A stretch of DNA of 63,558 bases, the filler included, from Octopus bimaculoides (taxonomy: Eukaryota): assembly GCF_001194135.2 (NCBI RefSeq). It is 6 parts of 6 records of this genome, joined end to end, with 100 filler letters (N's around TTAATTAATTAA, not from the genome) between each part and the next. Parts side by side here need not be neighbours in the genome. Positions count along the whole stretch, not along the records: positions 19,578 to 46,053 come from NC_068983.1; 5 more parts are not named here. One strand, given 5' to 3'. The stretch's first letter is position 1; each line of letters begins with the position of its first letter. Of the stretch, positions 25,647 to 38,859 are shown one piece after another. A model generated the notes under the pieces. It did no database searches, had not been told where the DNA came from, and saw nothing but the letters and a program-made list of their open reading frames with translations. The translations under genes and the position numbers were made by a program.

Positions 25647-27496
25647 AGGAGTAAATATTCAAATGAATATTTATATAGATATTTTTATTGTTATTATTAT
25701 CAGCGGTAAATTTAAAGAATTGATAATAACACCAAAAATATAGGTGGTATATTTTATAGATGGTGGTAGCAAATGATAATAGCGTTTTATAGCTAGAGAA
25801 TAAAATTTATAATTATAATTATAACTAACTATAATTACAATAGAGGGCACATGAGACACCTACCTGCTAGAAAGAGTAGTTAAATCCTTAAGTAAACCAC
25901 TGAATTACACTGAAATATTCAACGGATCAGCAGAAATCGGGTAAAGGAGTAAGGATTATCAAAAATCATCACAGATCAAAGCTGTAGAATGAAGAATTGG
26001 ATATACCTGGATCATGATTTCGAGTTCTGGCTTTTGCCTCAACTCTACTCAGAAAGTATTACCGTATGAAAACGAACTCACCTCGTTGGAATCCGTGTCG
26101 CTCTGAATTGTCCCATGCAAATATATATATATATGCGTGTGCGTGTGTGTATGTGTGTGTATGTGTGTGTCAATGTTGCTCATACTTATCTGTAGCTATT
26201 CTCATGCTTGATTAGCAGTTAGGTTTCTTCAATTTCTTTCTTGCCAATCGACAAGTACCGTGAAAACGTTATGTAATGTCATGGAAAGGTTCAGCCAGTT
26301 TATTAATTAATTATACCTTACAAACTATCTAATACGGAGGTAACTTTGGTTTTACTGTTTTTGTCATCAGCATCATATTTGTGTTATATTATCATTGTTT
26401 TTACAGCCCCAGCAAGTATTATTGTAACATTTGTAGTGATATTAATTTGTACTAGAAAACGTAAAATTAAACTTGAAATATCTTTGTAATATTTATTTTA
26501 TAAACAAGGAATATAAGATTATAAATAAAAAAATATATGAATATATATAAATGAAATATATAAAAAATCAAAATATCAGAAACTTTTAACAAACATATTG
26601 TAAACATTAACCTTTACTAATTAGTATGGAAAATGAGCCTGTTTCTTCTTCGTCAGCTTATTCAATCGTTGTTGAACTGAGAATAGAGCCACCCGCAGGT
26701 GATAGTGAATGTTCATACTATTTCTACAGTTTATCAATAATTCTCATACCTGAGAAGTCGGTTGCACAGTTTTATGCTAAAGAGGTTGGCAGAAGTGTTT
26801 TCAGAGCACTTTCAGGAAGCACAAGAAATTCTGCTTTTGCTTTTATCCAAAAAAGACGAAATATCGTCATAATTTCGAAGCATGACTTTAAAACAAGGGT
26901 CGGCGAACCGGGATAAATTACCCCAACTGGGATAAAAGTGAAATTCTTGGGGGCAATGACTCATTAGACAAAAGTAAAATTTCATAAAGAAAAAAAAACG
27001 TGTTCCGTGTTACGACAGAAGGTTTTCTTCTGGCAACACAGCTTTCTGTCCAACGTAATGAACGAGTAAATAGATTCACATAGATCCAATAAACTTTTTA
27101 ATTCAAAGAATCTATCATGATTTTCTTCTTTAATATATATATATATATATNNNNNNNNNNNNNNNNNNNNNNNNNNNNNNNNNNNNNNNNNNNNNNNNNN
27201 NNNNNNNNNNNNNNNNNNNNNNNNNNNNNNNNNNNNNNNNNNNNNNNNNNNNNNNNNNNNNNNNNNNNNNNNNNNNNNNNNNNNNNNNNNNNNNNNNNNN
27301 NNNNNNNNNNNNNNNNNNNNNNNNNNNNNNNNNNNNNNNNNNNNNNNNNNNNNNNNNNNNNNNNNNNNNNNNNNNNNNNNNNNNNNNNNNNNNNNNNNNN
27401 NNNNNNNNNNNNNNNNNNNNNNNNNNNNNNNNNNNNNNNNNNNNNNNNNNNNNNNNNNNNNNNNNNNNNNNNNNNNNNNNNNNNNNNNNNNNNNNN

Positions 27497-27539
<43 letters not shown>

Positions 27540-27689
27540 ATATATACATATATATTATACATTATTGTGCTTAAGTAGTTTAGCAATGATTTCGGGTCAA
27601 TCCATTTCATTTCCCAGGATTTTCTGCTGGTAAGTTGGAAACGTTCTTTCAAATTCATTAAGTATTCTCTGGTAATATCTTTGTACACA

Positions 27690-27905
27690 TAAGGCAGTGA
27701 GCTGGCAGAATCGTTCGCATGCTTGCTAAATGCTTGGCGGCATTTCGTCCGTTTTTACGTTATGAGTTCAAATTCCACCGAAGTCCACTTTGCCTTTCAT
27801 CCTTCCGGGGTCGATAAAATGAGTACCAGTTGAGTACTTGGAACGATGTAATCGACTTATCCCCTCCCCCGTAATTGCAGTCCTTGTGCAAAAATGTGAA
27901 ATGAA
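27690..27905 (+). mobile_element. SINE family B copy
   Basis: aaggcagtgagctggcagaatcg..gagttcaaattccaccgaagtccactttgcctttcatcc..ggggtcgataaaatgagtaccagtt.. Confidence 0.85.
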
Positions 27906-27931
27906 TATTTCGTATAGATGTAAGACTACGA

Positions 27932-28179
27932 ACATTATTTACATTATTTACAATTGACGGGTATTTGTCCTCATCTTGTTTGTTGTTAACACAACGTTTC
28001 GGCTGATATACCCTCCAGCCTTCATCAGGTGTCTTGAGGAAATTTCGAACCTGGGTTCTCATTCCTAGGGTATTTTTCGATGTTATTATTATTAACAATA
28101 AACAAGATGAGGACAAATATCCGTCAATTGTAAATAATGTAAATAATGTACCTGATTCCTCATCCCTTAAATATAGAAC
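27932..28179. mobile_element. Hammerhead-bearing non-autonomous retroelement with 58-bp inverted arms and 13-bp TSD
   Basis: Arms 27932-27989 and 28092-28149 match at 56/58. tgtaagactacga occurs at 27919-27931 and 28180-28192. Confidence 0.8.
27988..28033 (-). ncRNA. Minimal type I hammerhead ribozyme motif
   Basis: GACAC-CUGAUGA-A-GGCUG[GAGGGUAUAU]CAGCC-GAAA-C-GUU-GUGUU: helix I GACAC/GUGUU, 5-bp helix II, intact core and palindromic AACGUU in place of helix III. Confidence 0.8.
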
Positions 28180-28189
28180 TGTAAGACTA

Positions 28190-28385
28190 CGAGCTGGCAC
28201 CGGATAAAATGCTTGGCGGCATTTCTTCCGAGTTTACGTTCCGAGTTCAAATGCCGCAAAAGTTGACTCTGTCTTTCATCCTTTTGAGGTCGATAAAATA
28301 ACTACCAGCTGAGTACTGGGGTCGATGCAATCGACTCATCCCCTCCACTGAAATTGTTGGCCTTGTGCCCAAATTTGAAACCTAT
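28190..28385 (+). mobile_element. SINE family B copy whose head was hit by the hammerhead element
   Basis: gagctggcac..aaatgcttggcggcattt..gagttcaaatgccgc..gtcgataaaataactaccag. Confidence 0.8.
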
Positions 28386-29439
28386 ATTTTGTGCAGATGT
28401 AACATTAATCTTTCCTTCTGCAATAACTACCGTTAAGTGATGAAATATATCATATCCTACTCGACTGCCCTTTGAGATGAGTAACCATTCCCAAGTGCCG
28501 GTCTCTCATTACAATAGAGCCATCAGAATATACATTTAAACAAAATGGAAATTAAGATCACATTTGCTGACGACGTAGCCGTGTAACAAAGATGAGTAGT
28601 CTTGAACATTTGAGAACTAGTATTTGTTTAGTTAGTAGTGAAATAATATGGAGAAAAAAAAAGACACTTCTGGAATCACTGACATTTTCAAACGCACTCA
28701 CACTACCAGAGCTGTATTTTTTTTATTAAAATACGTCTGTATTTTTATTAAACAGCAAAAAAAACAAAAAAAAAACTTTCCTAATTGAATCTGAGTTGAT
28801 TTTTTTATATCAGGAGACAGATCGTGGAGTTATCGAGTTACAGTGTCATTTGAAAGTGCTATCTGAACCATTACTTTTGCTGCTGCCTGCTCGCACAGTA
28901 TTTCCATGCAGACATCTTTAATACAGCCTTTCACTAGCAATTCGCTGACTGTAAGTCTTTTTAACCTTAGCAGCTCCGAAGTGTTACTTTATAAGAAACC
29001 TACAAAGCACAAATATTTGTGTGTGACACTTCAAAGAGATGTCTCTGACGGCCTTTTAAATCAATATGCTTTCTTTCAAAGAACTCTTTCGACTTTGAAC
29101 TAATTTCTATATGTTTTGTAGTTAAATGACGTTTGAGGTTTGTCGGTTTCATTGAGTCATTACACAGCAGATCTCTAAAAATTACACACATAACGATTTG
29201 TGCACTACCCCAGCATTTGTGGTAACAAAGCCAAATTGAATGTAAGAGCAATCACATTTCAGAGTGCAGTTTGTGCGGATTCTTTTTACCTGTGAGCCTT
29301 CGATTTAATTTACATTGTCTTCATCGTCATTTAGATTTGCTGATGTGTTCAGCAACCGATCTTACAAAATATTTCTATTGAGTATCAGTTACAAATCTGC
29401 AAATTAGAGATAAAAATAATATATATGCTTGTGTGGTTT

Positions 29440-29790
29440 AGAAGCTCGCTTTGCAACTATACAGTTTCAGGTTCATTTCCACTGCGCGGCATATTGGGCA
29501 AGAATTTCCATAGCGTCGCGTTGACCAATAGCGTTTGAATAAATTTCACAGACGGGAACTGTGGAAGGCCGTCGTATGCGCGCGCGCAGCTTTGTGATCG
29601 CTTTTCCTTGACTTCGCTTGACATAACGTTGGTTTGTAAATTAGCGGTGCGGCAATAGAAACCGATAGGGTAAGCACCAAACTTAAAAACATATCTACTG
29701 AAGTCGATTTGTTCTTGTAAACTCTTCAAGGCGATGCTCCAGCGTTGCCGTATTCCAAGAACTGAAACAACTATAAGATTAAAGATGTAA
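29440..29790 (+). mobile_element. Older SINE family A copy
   Basis: tRNA-like head, ttgggcaag, gacgggaactgtggaaggccgtcgtat and tail gatgctccagc..actgaaacaac, collinear with 41130-41520. Confidence 0.7.
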
Positions 29791-30134
29791 GAACTCCCGA
29801 GTGTAATTATATTTTATTATATGAGGATGAACTATAGAATACATGCTTTGATTGAGAAACAGAGGAGAGAGAGAGAGAGAGGATATTGATTAATAATGCT
29901 AGAATTAGACGATAATATAAAATTAAATTACGAACACGATACTTTGAAATAATGATAGTCTTTATAATCTGAGGTCCGTAAATTAGACGAAGATACCAAA
30001 AGATAAACGTACAGATATCTTCTCTTCAACTCCGTGATGGCAACTGCATGTCAAATTAATCATACAGAAGTTTGCGTCATCACTTCAATGCTAATAAGCA
30101 AATACCCTCGGCTACGAACCAAGTACATTCTGTT

Positions 30135-30193
30135 GACTACTACTACTACTACTACTGCTACTGCTGCTGCTGCTACNNNNNNNNNNGCTGCTG

Positions 30194-30228
<35 letters not shown>

Positions 30229-30233
30229 ACTAT

Positions 30234-30297
<64 letters not shown>

Positions 30298-30355
30298 GCC
30301 ACCGTCGCCAGCAGCGCCACCGTCGCTGCCAAAAATATTACTACTACTACTAATA
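30135..30355. repeat. (ACT)n/(GCT)n compound microsatellite
   Basis: Directly visible; it explains the poly-T/A/Y/C ORFs. Confidence 0.95.
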
Positions 30356-31554
30356 CATATTATATAGAACGTTACTAGTTAAAAGACGTAGAGAGGCTGT
30401 AATTGCAATATTCGATTCTGAATAAAGGAACTGTAATTATTATTTAACACACTGTTTCCCTCCTTACGAATCCAATACCTATTGTAATTACTATTAAAGC
30501 ATAATAGTTGCGAAGCCCTTCTCCTCCACACGCACAATTAAAAGCCTGATATGATGACCATCATTTTGTACTTGTATTTAAACTGTCCAACAATTTATAT
30601 TAGACTTCATTTATATTTAGACTAAAGCAGTTATGCTAGCTAAAACTGAAAGGATTGTGATGACAGTTATTTCGAGCCCATAAAACAACTTCAAGTGGCT
30701 TCATAAGCCGATCATTGACTATGCAGGGCTTTTTCTCTGCTTGTGTTCAATAGTTTTAAAGTGAGAGTCAATGCCTGAAATCCAAACTCTCTCTTTAGAC
30801 TTGGAAGTTTGACGATAGTAGCTCAGCTGGCTAAGACGTCTCTGCTGACCAGCAAGCTGTAGGCTTTACATAGAGTGGCTTTCACCTAGGTGAATTATCT
30901 TACAGGGCTTGGAGAGCTCTACCTAGCCTGAAGTTGCTGGAAAGGCGTCAACGAGGGCACCAAATCGCTCGATAGACTCCATTTCATGATTGTTGTTGTG
31001 ATTGTTTGCCCTAGTCTTTTCCTGTTTCAAGACATCATAACGTAATGAAGGTTAGTAATGCTCAGTTTCTACCATAAAATACTAATTTACCATAACTGGA
31101 GCTCTGATCGATATTACTATTCTGGGTCAGAATAGAACTGGGAGTAATAATAGCTAAGAGTCGGTTCCGCACTCCGCAAAACCCTAGAAAACCTGAATCA
31201 GGGCCCCACTACCAGATGCAGTTTAAAGTCATATCCAGGACAGAAAAACAATATCGGAAGACCTATTAAGAAATGTTAGGTTACAAGCAACTGATGGTTT
31301 GCGTGCCGAAACCATTGCTTTTGTTACAACTTGAGCTGCCTTGCTCTGTAACATATACTCTGAAAGTTGTTTTTCCGCGTCCATTGCAAACACCATCTTT
31401 TTGCGCGCGCGCGCGCGTACGTGCGTGTGTGTGCTTGATGAGTATGCATGCATGCGTGAAGGTGCACCAAACATAATGAATATATATATAAAAATGGGAA
31501 AGGCCGGTTTTTGTTATTACTTTAGGTTTCCCGTCCATAAAGGGTTTAGTTTTA

Positions 31555-31830
31555 TGGCCTCTCCAACCGCAAGTCCTGCTTCAGACTTCCAGAAAGGAGA
31601 TATGTAACATCACTGGCCAGTCACGTATGGATAGGATTCCATACTCAATCTCATGGGAAATCCTCGAGAATCCAGGCCCCTACAGCAATGGGACGAAGCA
31701 TTGAAGTTATGCATAACTGAACGCGCAAGAATCCTAAAAGACTCACTCGAACCAGGGAACATTCTTAACTCCAGAACGGAGGTTTCGGGTCATGTTTACA
31801 TTTCAGGAGGTCCCTGCTAGCTTTTTGGAG
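31555..31830 (+). mobile_element. C-terminal half of a PLE GIY-YIG endonuclease (Hydra-clade-like)
   Basis: With frameshifts: NRKSCF..YVTSLASHVW..IPYSISWEILENPGPYSNGTK..KLCITERARIL..ILNSRTEV..CLH. Confidence 0.65.
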
Positions 31831-32810
31831 CCTACAAGATGGCGGCACAGCCGGACGTCGATAGCCAATAACAAAGGGAGGTAATCCCCAAAATGTTACC
31901 TTTGAGTAGTGAAGCATTTCCCCCTCCATATTTTTAAGAGGTCATGGGCCAACACGTTTTTAGGATCTGTCGATACGCCATAAAGCTAAACTCTTTATTG
32001 ACAGGAAATCTAAACTAATCCCACAAACCCGCCTTCCCCATTTATATATATATACACATACATATGCACACTCTCACACACATATTACTCTGGATGGTGT
32101 TCTAAGGTAATCGCGCATACAATACGTCCCCCATCTCCAATTCGCTATTGAATCCAATCGAAAGACAGAACCAATACAGTATGACAGCGGCGGCATCGCT
32201 GTCAGAGGGAATTTGAGAACAATAAGGTACAGTTGAGACACCTCAGAGTTTACTCCCGTAGTAACCCTTTCTATTGTTGAACGGATGGCAACTGAAAACA
32301 ATGTGTACTCGAAATCAGAGTTCCGCTCTCTCCTAGGCGAACTACCTTCTCAAAATATTTCATTAGCTTTTCTCTTAACAGACTTGCTGCAATACAAGAA
32401 CATTATTTGTCCATAGCAATGACTGACGGGCGTTAGGGTGTATTTACGCAATGGTTGGTCAGCACACCACGTTTCATTACTTAACCGCTTCTCCGACACC
32501 CACTAAAGTTTTGCCTGGGCTATGAGGTAGCCATTTTTCGTGTTTAGGTACTGTAGGAGTTTAGATATTGCACGAGTTTAGGTACTCGAGGAGGTAATGT
32601 TGTTGGTAGAAAGGATCTACTTTGGCAGAGGCTGTCTTATTCACTTGGCTCCATTTCCCACTCTTTATTAAGTAAGATAGCCTGCAGCTTACAACTAAAG
32701 CAGAGAATAGCAAGCATAAATCGGCATGTAGCATGTACTGACTAAAATCACTACCACACTACAGCATTACTGCACTACACACTTCACACACACAAACACA
32801 CACACACACA

Positions 32811-32926
<116 letters not shown>

Positions 32927-33431
32927 CAGCACACCGACACTATCTCACTTAACACCACAAGTAATTATAGCTAAAAATATTTCTGATAAAAAAAACACTC
33001 AATTGTTTTTTGTTTTCCTCAAATTGAACATTAAAGCGGATTTGGCCTTTTTACGATTCAATATTTAAATTAATATTTTTTGCGCGTTTGCCAGTTTTAT
33101 ACTGTAAAACCGTCTACAAGTATTGTAGCATTTGTTGATTTTATATCATACATTTGTTGGACAGCTATTGTTCAGCTATACGTGGAAATACGTTTTTAAC
33201 GCATCGTGCCCTTGTTCCCTGCATTTCCGTTGGCAGAATATAAACCAGAAGTTATTTTTGTTCGAAGATACCGGTTTCTAAATGTTGTGGCTAATGTGTA
33301 GATCTTTTGCCGATATACACCGGCGAAAGATGTAAACGCTCAAATGCACAAAGAAACAAACCAACACATATCCAAGCACATCGACTACATATATGTATGC
33401 ATACACACAAACACACGTATATATATCCATG

Positions 33432-33466
<35 letters not shown>

Positions 33467-33998
33467 NNNNNNNNNNNNNNNNNNNNNNNNNNNNNNNNNN
33501 NNNNNNNNNNNNNNNNNNNNNNNNNNNNNNNNNNNNNNNNNNNNNNNNNNNNNNNNNNNNNNNNNNNNNNNNNNNNNNNNNNNNNNNNNNNNNNNNNNNN
33601 NNNNNNNNNNNNNNNNNNNNNNNNNNNNNNNNNNNNNNNNNNNNNNNNNNNNNNNNNNNNNNNNNNNNNNNNNNNNNNNNNNNNNNNNNNNNNNNNNNNN
33701 NNNNNNNNNNNNNNNNNNNNNNNNNNNNNNNNNNNNTATATATATATATATATATGTATGTATATATGTATGCATGTATGTGTGTGTATGTGTGTGTGTG
33801 TTTTATTAGGCATTGCTTATCCTCTCGTCGAAAGGTGGTAAAACTTACTCTGATAGTGGGATTCTATACGTTAATTTGACTGAAAAATTATTGGTAATAT
33901 TGATTTGGTTGGGATCTTAATTTTCGCCCTTACCGGTTCATTCAACTAATTGCATAAGCCTTTAATGGCGAAAACTGAGTCAATTCACCATTTTCAAT

Positions 33999-34031
<33 letters not shown>

Positions 34032-34379
34032 AGTGTGTGTGTGTGTGTGTGTATGCATATGTATGTATGCATGTATGTAAGTATGTATGTATGTACGTAT
34101 TTATGTATGCATGCATGAACGGGTATCTGTTTTTACTGGGACTTCAAAGTTTTGTTGACGGTTTGTTCAGCTACATTGGTTAAACTATTTATCAGGCAAA
34201 TTTTACTCTATCGACAATGAATCTGCTCACGATTAAATGTGCTATTGTTATTCATATTTCTTTTCAAAACATAAACAGACTAAAACACATACATACGTCC
34301 ATAAATAAATACATACATGAGTGTATGTGTGTGTGTATGCATATATATATATATGCATGTGTATGTACATATATCCACA

Positions 34380-34456
<77 letters not shown>

Positions 34457-34644
34457 GTCTGTCTGTCTGTCTGTCTATCTCTCTCTCTCTCTATATATAT
34501 ATATCGTTCCCCACTCACTAGGGAGCAATGCAGTGGTAAGCAAAAACGATCGTCGTGCTAAATAAATCTTACAGTACACTATGTCTTCCTCATCAATCAT
34601 TTAAAATATACTAGGCGTGCACCGAAGAATTCATTACGTAGATC

Positions 34645-34880
34645 TTATTTCTTTATTGCCCACAAGGGGCTAAACATAGAGGGGACAAACAAGGACAGAC
34701 AAAAGGATTTAAGTCGATTACATCGACCCCAGTGCGTAATCGGTACTTAAATTATCGACCCCGAAAGGATGAAAGGCAAAGTCGACCTCGGCAGAATTTT
34801 AACTCAGAACGTAACGGCAGACGAAATACCGCAAAGCATTTCACCCGGCGTGCTAATGTTTCAACTAGCTCACCGTAGAT
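34645..34880 (-). mobile_element. SINE family B copy (gtcccctctatgtttagcccc tail)
   Basis: Reverse complement is collinear with 60821-61055. Confidence 0.85.
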
Positions 34881-35074
34881 CTTGTGACGAAAGTGCAGTA
34901 CTGCGGGTGACACCTGGTGGGCATAAGTGGTGAATGTGCTCTCAAAGCACACTACTAGGGGACCTACCAAAAACAAAGATTGGATACTACATTTTAAAGT
35001 CTCCTGTCTAAGCTTTAATTTTAAATATAAACTGTACATATATATATTCTGCCAGTACGCCACCTTAAATTAAT

Positions 35075-35123
<49 letters not shown>

Positions 35124-35125
35124 TA

Positions 35126-38100
35126 TTAGAGTGATAAAACACTACTCCGAAATATATCAAAAAAAAAAAAACATCGGGAATAAAGACAACAAATGGAGCC
35201 TAAAATAACTGACAAAGTTTTGGATTATATCTGAGTAAGTAATACTCATTAAAATTTATTTCTATTGTCCGAATGAAATTATGTATTTTAACTGTGTATC
35301 ATCTCTGTCACTCGCACAACACGTGTAAATGCGCTCGACACATTCCCAGAGTGTTGGACTATACCCGAGTGAGTAATACTCATTAAAATGTATTTCTATT
35401 TTCCAAATGAGATGATGTATTTTAACTGGGTATCATCTCCATCATTCGCACAACACATGTAAACACGCTCGCCACATTACGATCCAATCAACATCAGACC
35501 ATCTCCTTCCCCAACCACCATGCACAAAATATGAAAAAAAAGAAAAGTTAAATAATACCCGTATTATTCAACCCAAGGATAACAAGCGGGAAGTACGTAT
35601 TTTAAACTTGTTACACAAAGAAGTACGAAAAACTACGTGCAAAACCATTTAACACCAGAAATGAACGGATCGGTACCCTACAAGAATGATGACCATCAAA
35701 ATAAAGGGCTGGACGTTATCCCTCATGTACCACAAATAAAATCAAAAAAGCATAAATGGACACGAGAAGAATATATTTCAATCCTACATGCTTGTTTTAC
35801 AGCAGTACTCTACCCATTGAACGAAAACACAACAACATAAACATATAATATCTGGACGAAAAACAACCTACATAAAGATTTGGATAGAGCAATGAACCCT
35901 AATAAAGTAGCTAACATACGGAGATATATTCTCAAAACAAAAACAAAAATATCAGAAATAGAAATGGAACACTTAAAAGGAAAAATTCATGACGAAAACG
36001 TAGATAGTAACTACACAGCAATGCCAAATAATATCAAAAGCACCGAGACTGTAAAATACGAAGACAGACGTAGCGTATCCAACAAAAACGAAGTAAACAA
36101 CAAAATACAACAAACCCAGGCCGTAGGAAAGTATAAAGGTGGGTAAAATGCACCAAACCAGAACACTATAGACAAAAATATGAACGGGAGGAAATAAGAA
36201 ACAAATCTAAAATCTAGAAACAGTGAAGGTGAAACTAATGATTATTATACTCTAAAAATGAACATAATCAAAGAATTGAAAGCCACAGATCTCAGTATGG
36301 ACTATCGATTATACTTCCCAAAAATTAAAATTAATAATAAAACAACATCAATAATAAAGAGCATGAAACTGGCCGTCACACAACTAATAACCACAGAAAC
36401 AAATGTCAATATGACCGACTAAATGATATAATATATGCGGCAGCCTCTGTGGCCAAAATAGAAGCTGGATACTCCCAAAAATCCATCCAAACAGGAGTAT
36501 CACCACCCAACCAAACCCTGTGGATAAATAATATCCAGGAAAAAAAAGAAAATAAGAGAAAGGATCTGTCAATCCTTAATGAAACTAGTAGACAATCAAC
36601 ACCACAAGGCAACACGAAGAAAAGAAAAATACTACGAAAATATAAAATTACAGAACAAGGTATACCTGAGGTAAAAGAACAGCTAAAGCAAGATATCCAC
36701 GCCAAAGCACAAACAATCCGCCGGGATGAGAAACGTCAACATTTCTTTGAACGAAACAAAAGATTCTACCGAGAACTTGGCAAAAATAAAATAGAGATCA
36801 ATGCAGCACCAACAGCAGAAGAAGTGGAAGAATTTTGGAAAGAAATACGGTCGGCGAAGTAACCACCTCAGAAAAGATCTATCAAAACAATGAACACAGC
36901 ACCTGAACAATTCTGGACCCCTATAACAACTGAAAACGTCACCCAGGTACTGCAAAAATTAAACAACTGGAAGGCAACCTGGCACGACAAAATCCCCAAC
37001 TTCTGGTTAAGATACCTAACAGGAACACATTAAATACTAGAAGAGCCAGAGACAATGTCTGAATGGTTCACGGAAGGGAAAACTATCCTAATTCCCAAAT
37101 CCACTGAAACGGCAAACCCACAAAATTCAGAACGATAACTTGCCTTGGTACAACTTACAAAGCCTTTACTGCAATAATATCGCAGAGAATGAGCAAACAT
37201 CTGGAAGAAAACAACCTGGTTCCAGAAGAACAGAAGGAATGCGGCAAGGGCTCATACGGCTGTAAAGATCAGCTACTCATCAAACAGCCATAAATGAAGA
37301 CAGCCGCAGAAAGAAGAAGGGTCTAAGTATGGTCTGGATTGATTATCGAAAGGTTGTTGATAGTATCCTAGAAACACTAGCCATGAACAAGGTAGCACCA
37401 ATAATCATAAAATATATAAAACATTCCATGAATAAATGACAAACAGTGCTACAACTCCAGACAAAAAAAGGACTCATAAAAACCAAAACCATCCCCATTA
37501 GAAGGGGAATATTCTAGGGAGACAAGCTCTCTTCATGCCTTTTCTGCTTGGTACTGTCACCTTCCTCTGACATGCTAAACAGAACTGGATGTGGATACAA
37601 CTGTTACGGCAAAACGATCGACCACCTCTTATACTGTACGCTACACATGATAAACAACTGGAAACATTACTACAGACACGGATTTACCAAAAAAATATAC
37701 ATGAAATTGGGCTTAGAAAAATGTGCCAATGTAACCTTGAAAAGAGGAATACTAATTAAGGGAAGCAACATTACACTAGATAAAGCAAATGAAATAAGAA
37801 AATTAGACCAAAGCCAGGCATGCAAATACTTAGGAATCAATGAACTAGATAGATACAACACGCACAAATAAAAGGGAAGATAAGAAAAGAATACTATAGA
37901 CGAGTTAGATTAATACTGAAAACAGAGCTCAATGCGAAACTCAAGATAATAGGCATCAACACCCTAGCCGTCCCAGTTATAAGTTGCAGCAACAATATTC
38001 TTAACTGGACTCTAAATGAACTAACCAAAATAGACAGGAAAACAAAAAAATAATAACAGGATTTAGGATGTACCACCCGAAATCTGACATAGAAAGGTTA

Positions 38101-38850
38101 TATATGCAACGTATCGAAGGTGGTAGAGGCCTTATACAGCTAGAAAACTATTACAAAATAATCACCATAGGACTACAGAAATTTCTACTTCAGAAGCAAG
38201 GAAAACTAATACAAATAACTACAAAACACGAACAAAACAGAAAAACTTCTTTCAGTCTTTAAGGAGGCTGACAAATGCATAAAAGAATTCATAATACCTA
38301 ATAACTAAGAAGAAAAAGAAGAAACAACAAAAGCTGTAAAACAACTGAATTCCATACTAAAACTGGAACAGCAATGGATCATGATAAAACGATGGCAAGA
38401 AAAGCCCCTTCGTGGCAAATATTAAATTAGACAGAAAAGAAATAGACAAAGCAAAATCCCAACAATGGTTGAGAAGCTCAGAACTCAAAGCAGAGACTGA
38501 AGGATTTTTAATTGCAGCACAAGAACAAAGCCTTTCCACCAGAAATTACTAACAAGTAACTACAGAATATGTGGAGATGGAAAAGAAACAATAAATTATA
38601 TTGTCCCTGGGTGCCCAGTACTGGCTAAAAAGCAATATATTCACAGACACGACAGAGTTGGGACCTATATACACTGGAAGCTATACCAACACTATGGAAT
38701 AACAACATAAAAAAGATGGTATAGGTACACACCGGAAAAGGTCACAGAAAATGAGAAAGCAACTATACTCTGGGATATGCCAAAACTCACAGAGAAATTA
38801 AGGTCAATAGGCCAGATATAGTTGTCGGAGATCACCAAACAAAAACAAAT
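35126..38850 (+). mobile_element. R4/Dong-like non-LTR retrotransposon (RT + restriction-like endonuclease), decayed
   Basis: KHKWTREEY N-terminal motif; DKIPNFWL; EWFTEGKTILIPK; EEQKECGKGSYGCKDQLL; WIDYRK; RRGIF*GDKLS; GLEKCA; WLRSSELKAETEGFLIAAQ; CRICGDGKETINYIVPGC; RHDRV; RPDIVV. Preceded by (AAT)n at ~35077-35125. Confidence 0.88.
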
Positions 38851-38859
38851 GCATGACCA

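Larger units (their letters stand above)
26620..29400 (-). mobile_element. Buster/Charlie-type hAT transposon, decayed and interrupted
   Basis: Ordered minus-strand pieces: CNDSMKPTNLKRHLTTKH..EFFERK (29000-29200); ALSNDTVTR (~28820); YSDGSIVM..HLG (~28500); EYLMNLKERF (~27650); FWIKAKAEF..ALKTLLP and LRVALFSVQQRLNKLTKKKQAH* (26620-26870). Confidence 0.8.

Noticed and set aside
26626-26916. 96-aa plus-strand ORF MENEPVSSSS..
   Set aside because: It is the antisense of the hAT dimerisation-domain remnant on the minus strand.
30680-31260. Possible LINE 3' end
   Set aside because: It looks repeat-like, but no diagnostic protein motif could be read, so no call is supported.
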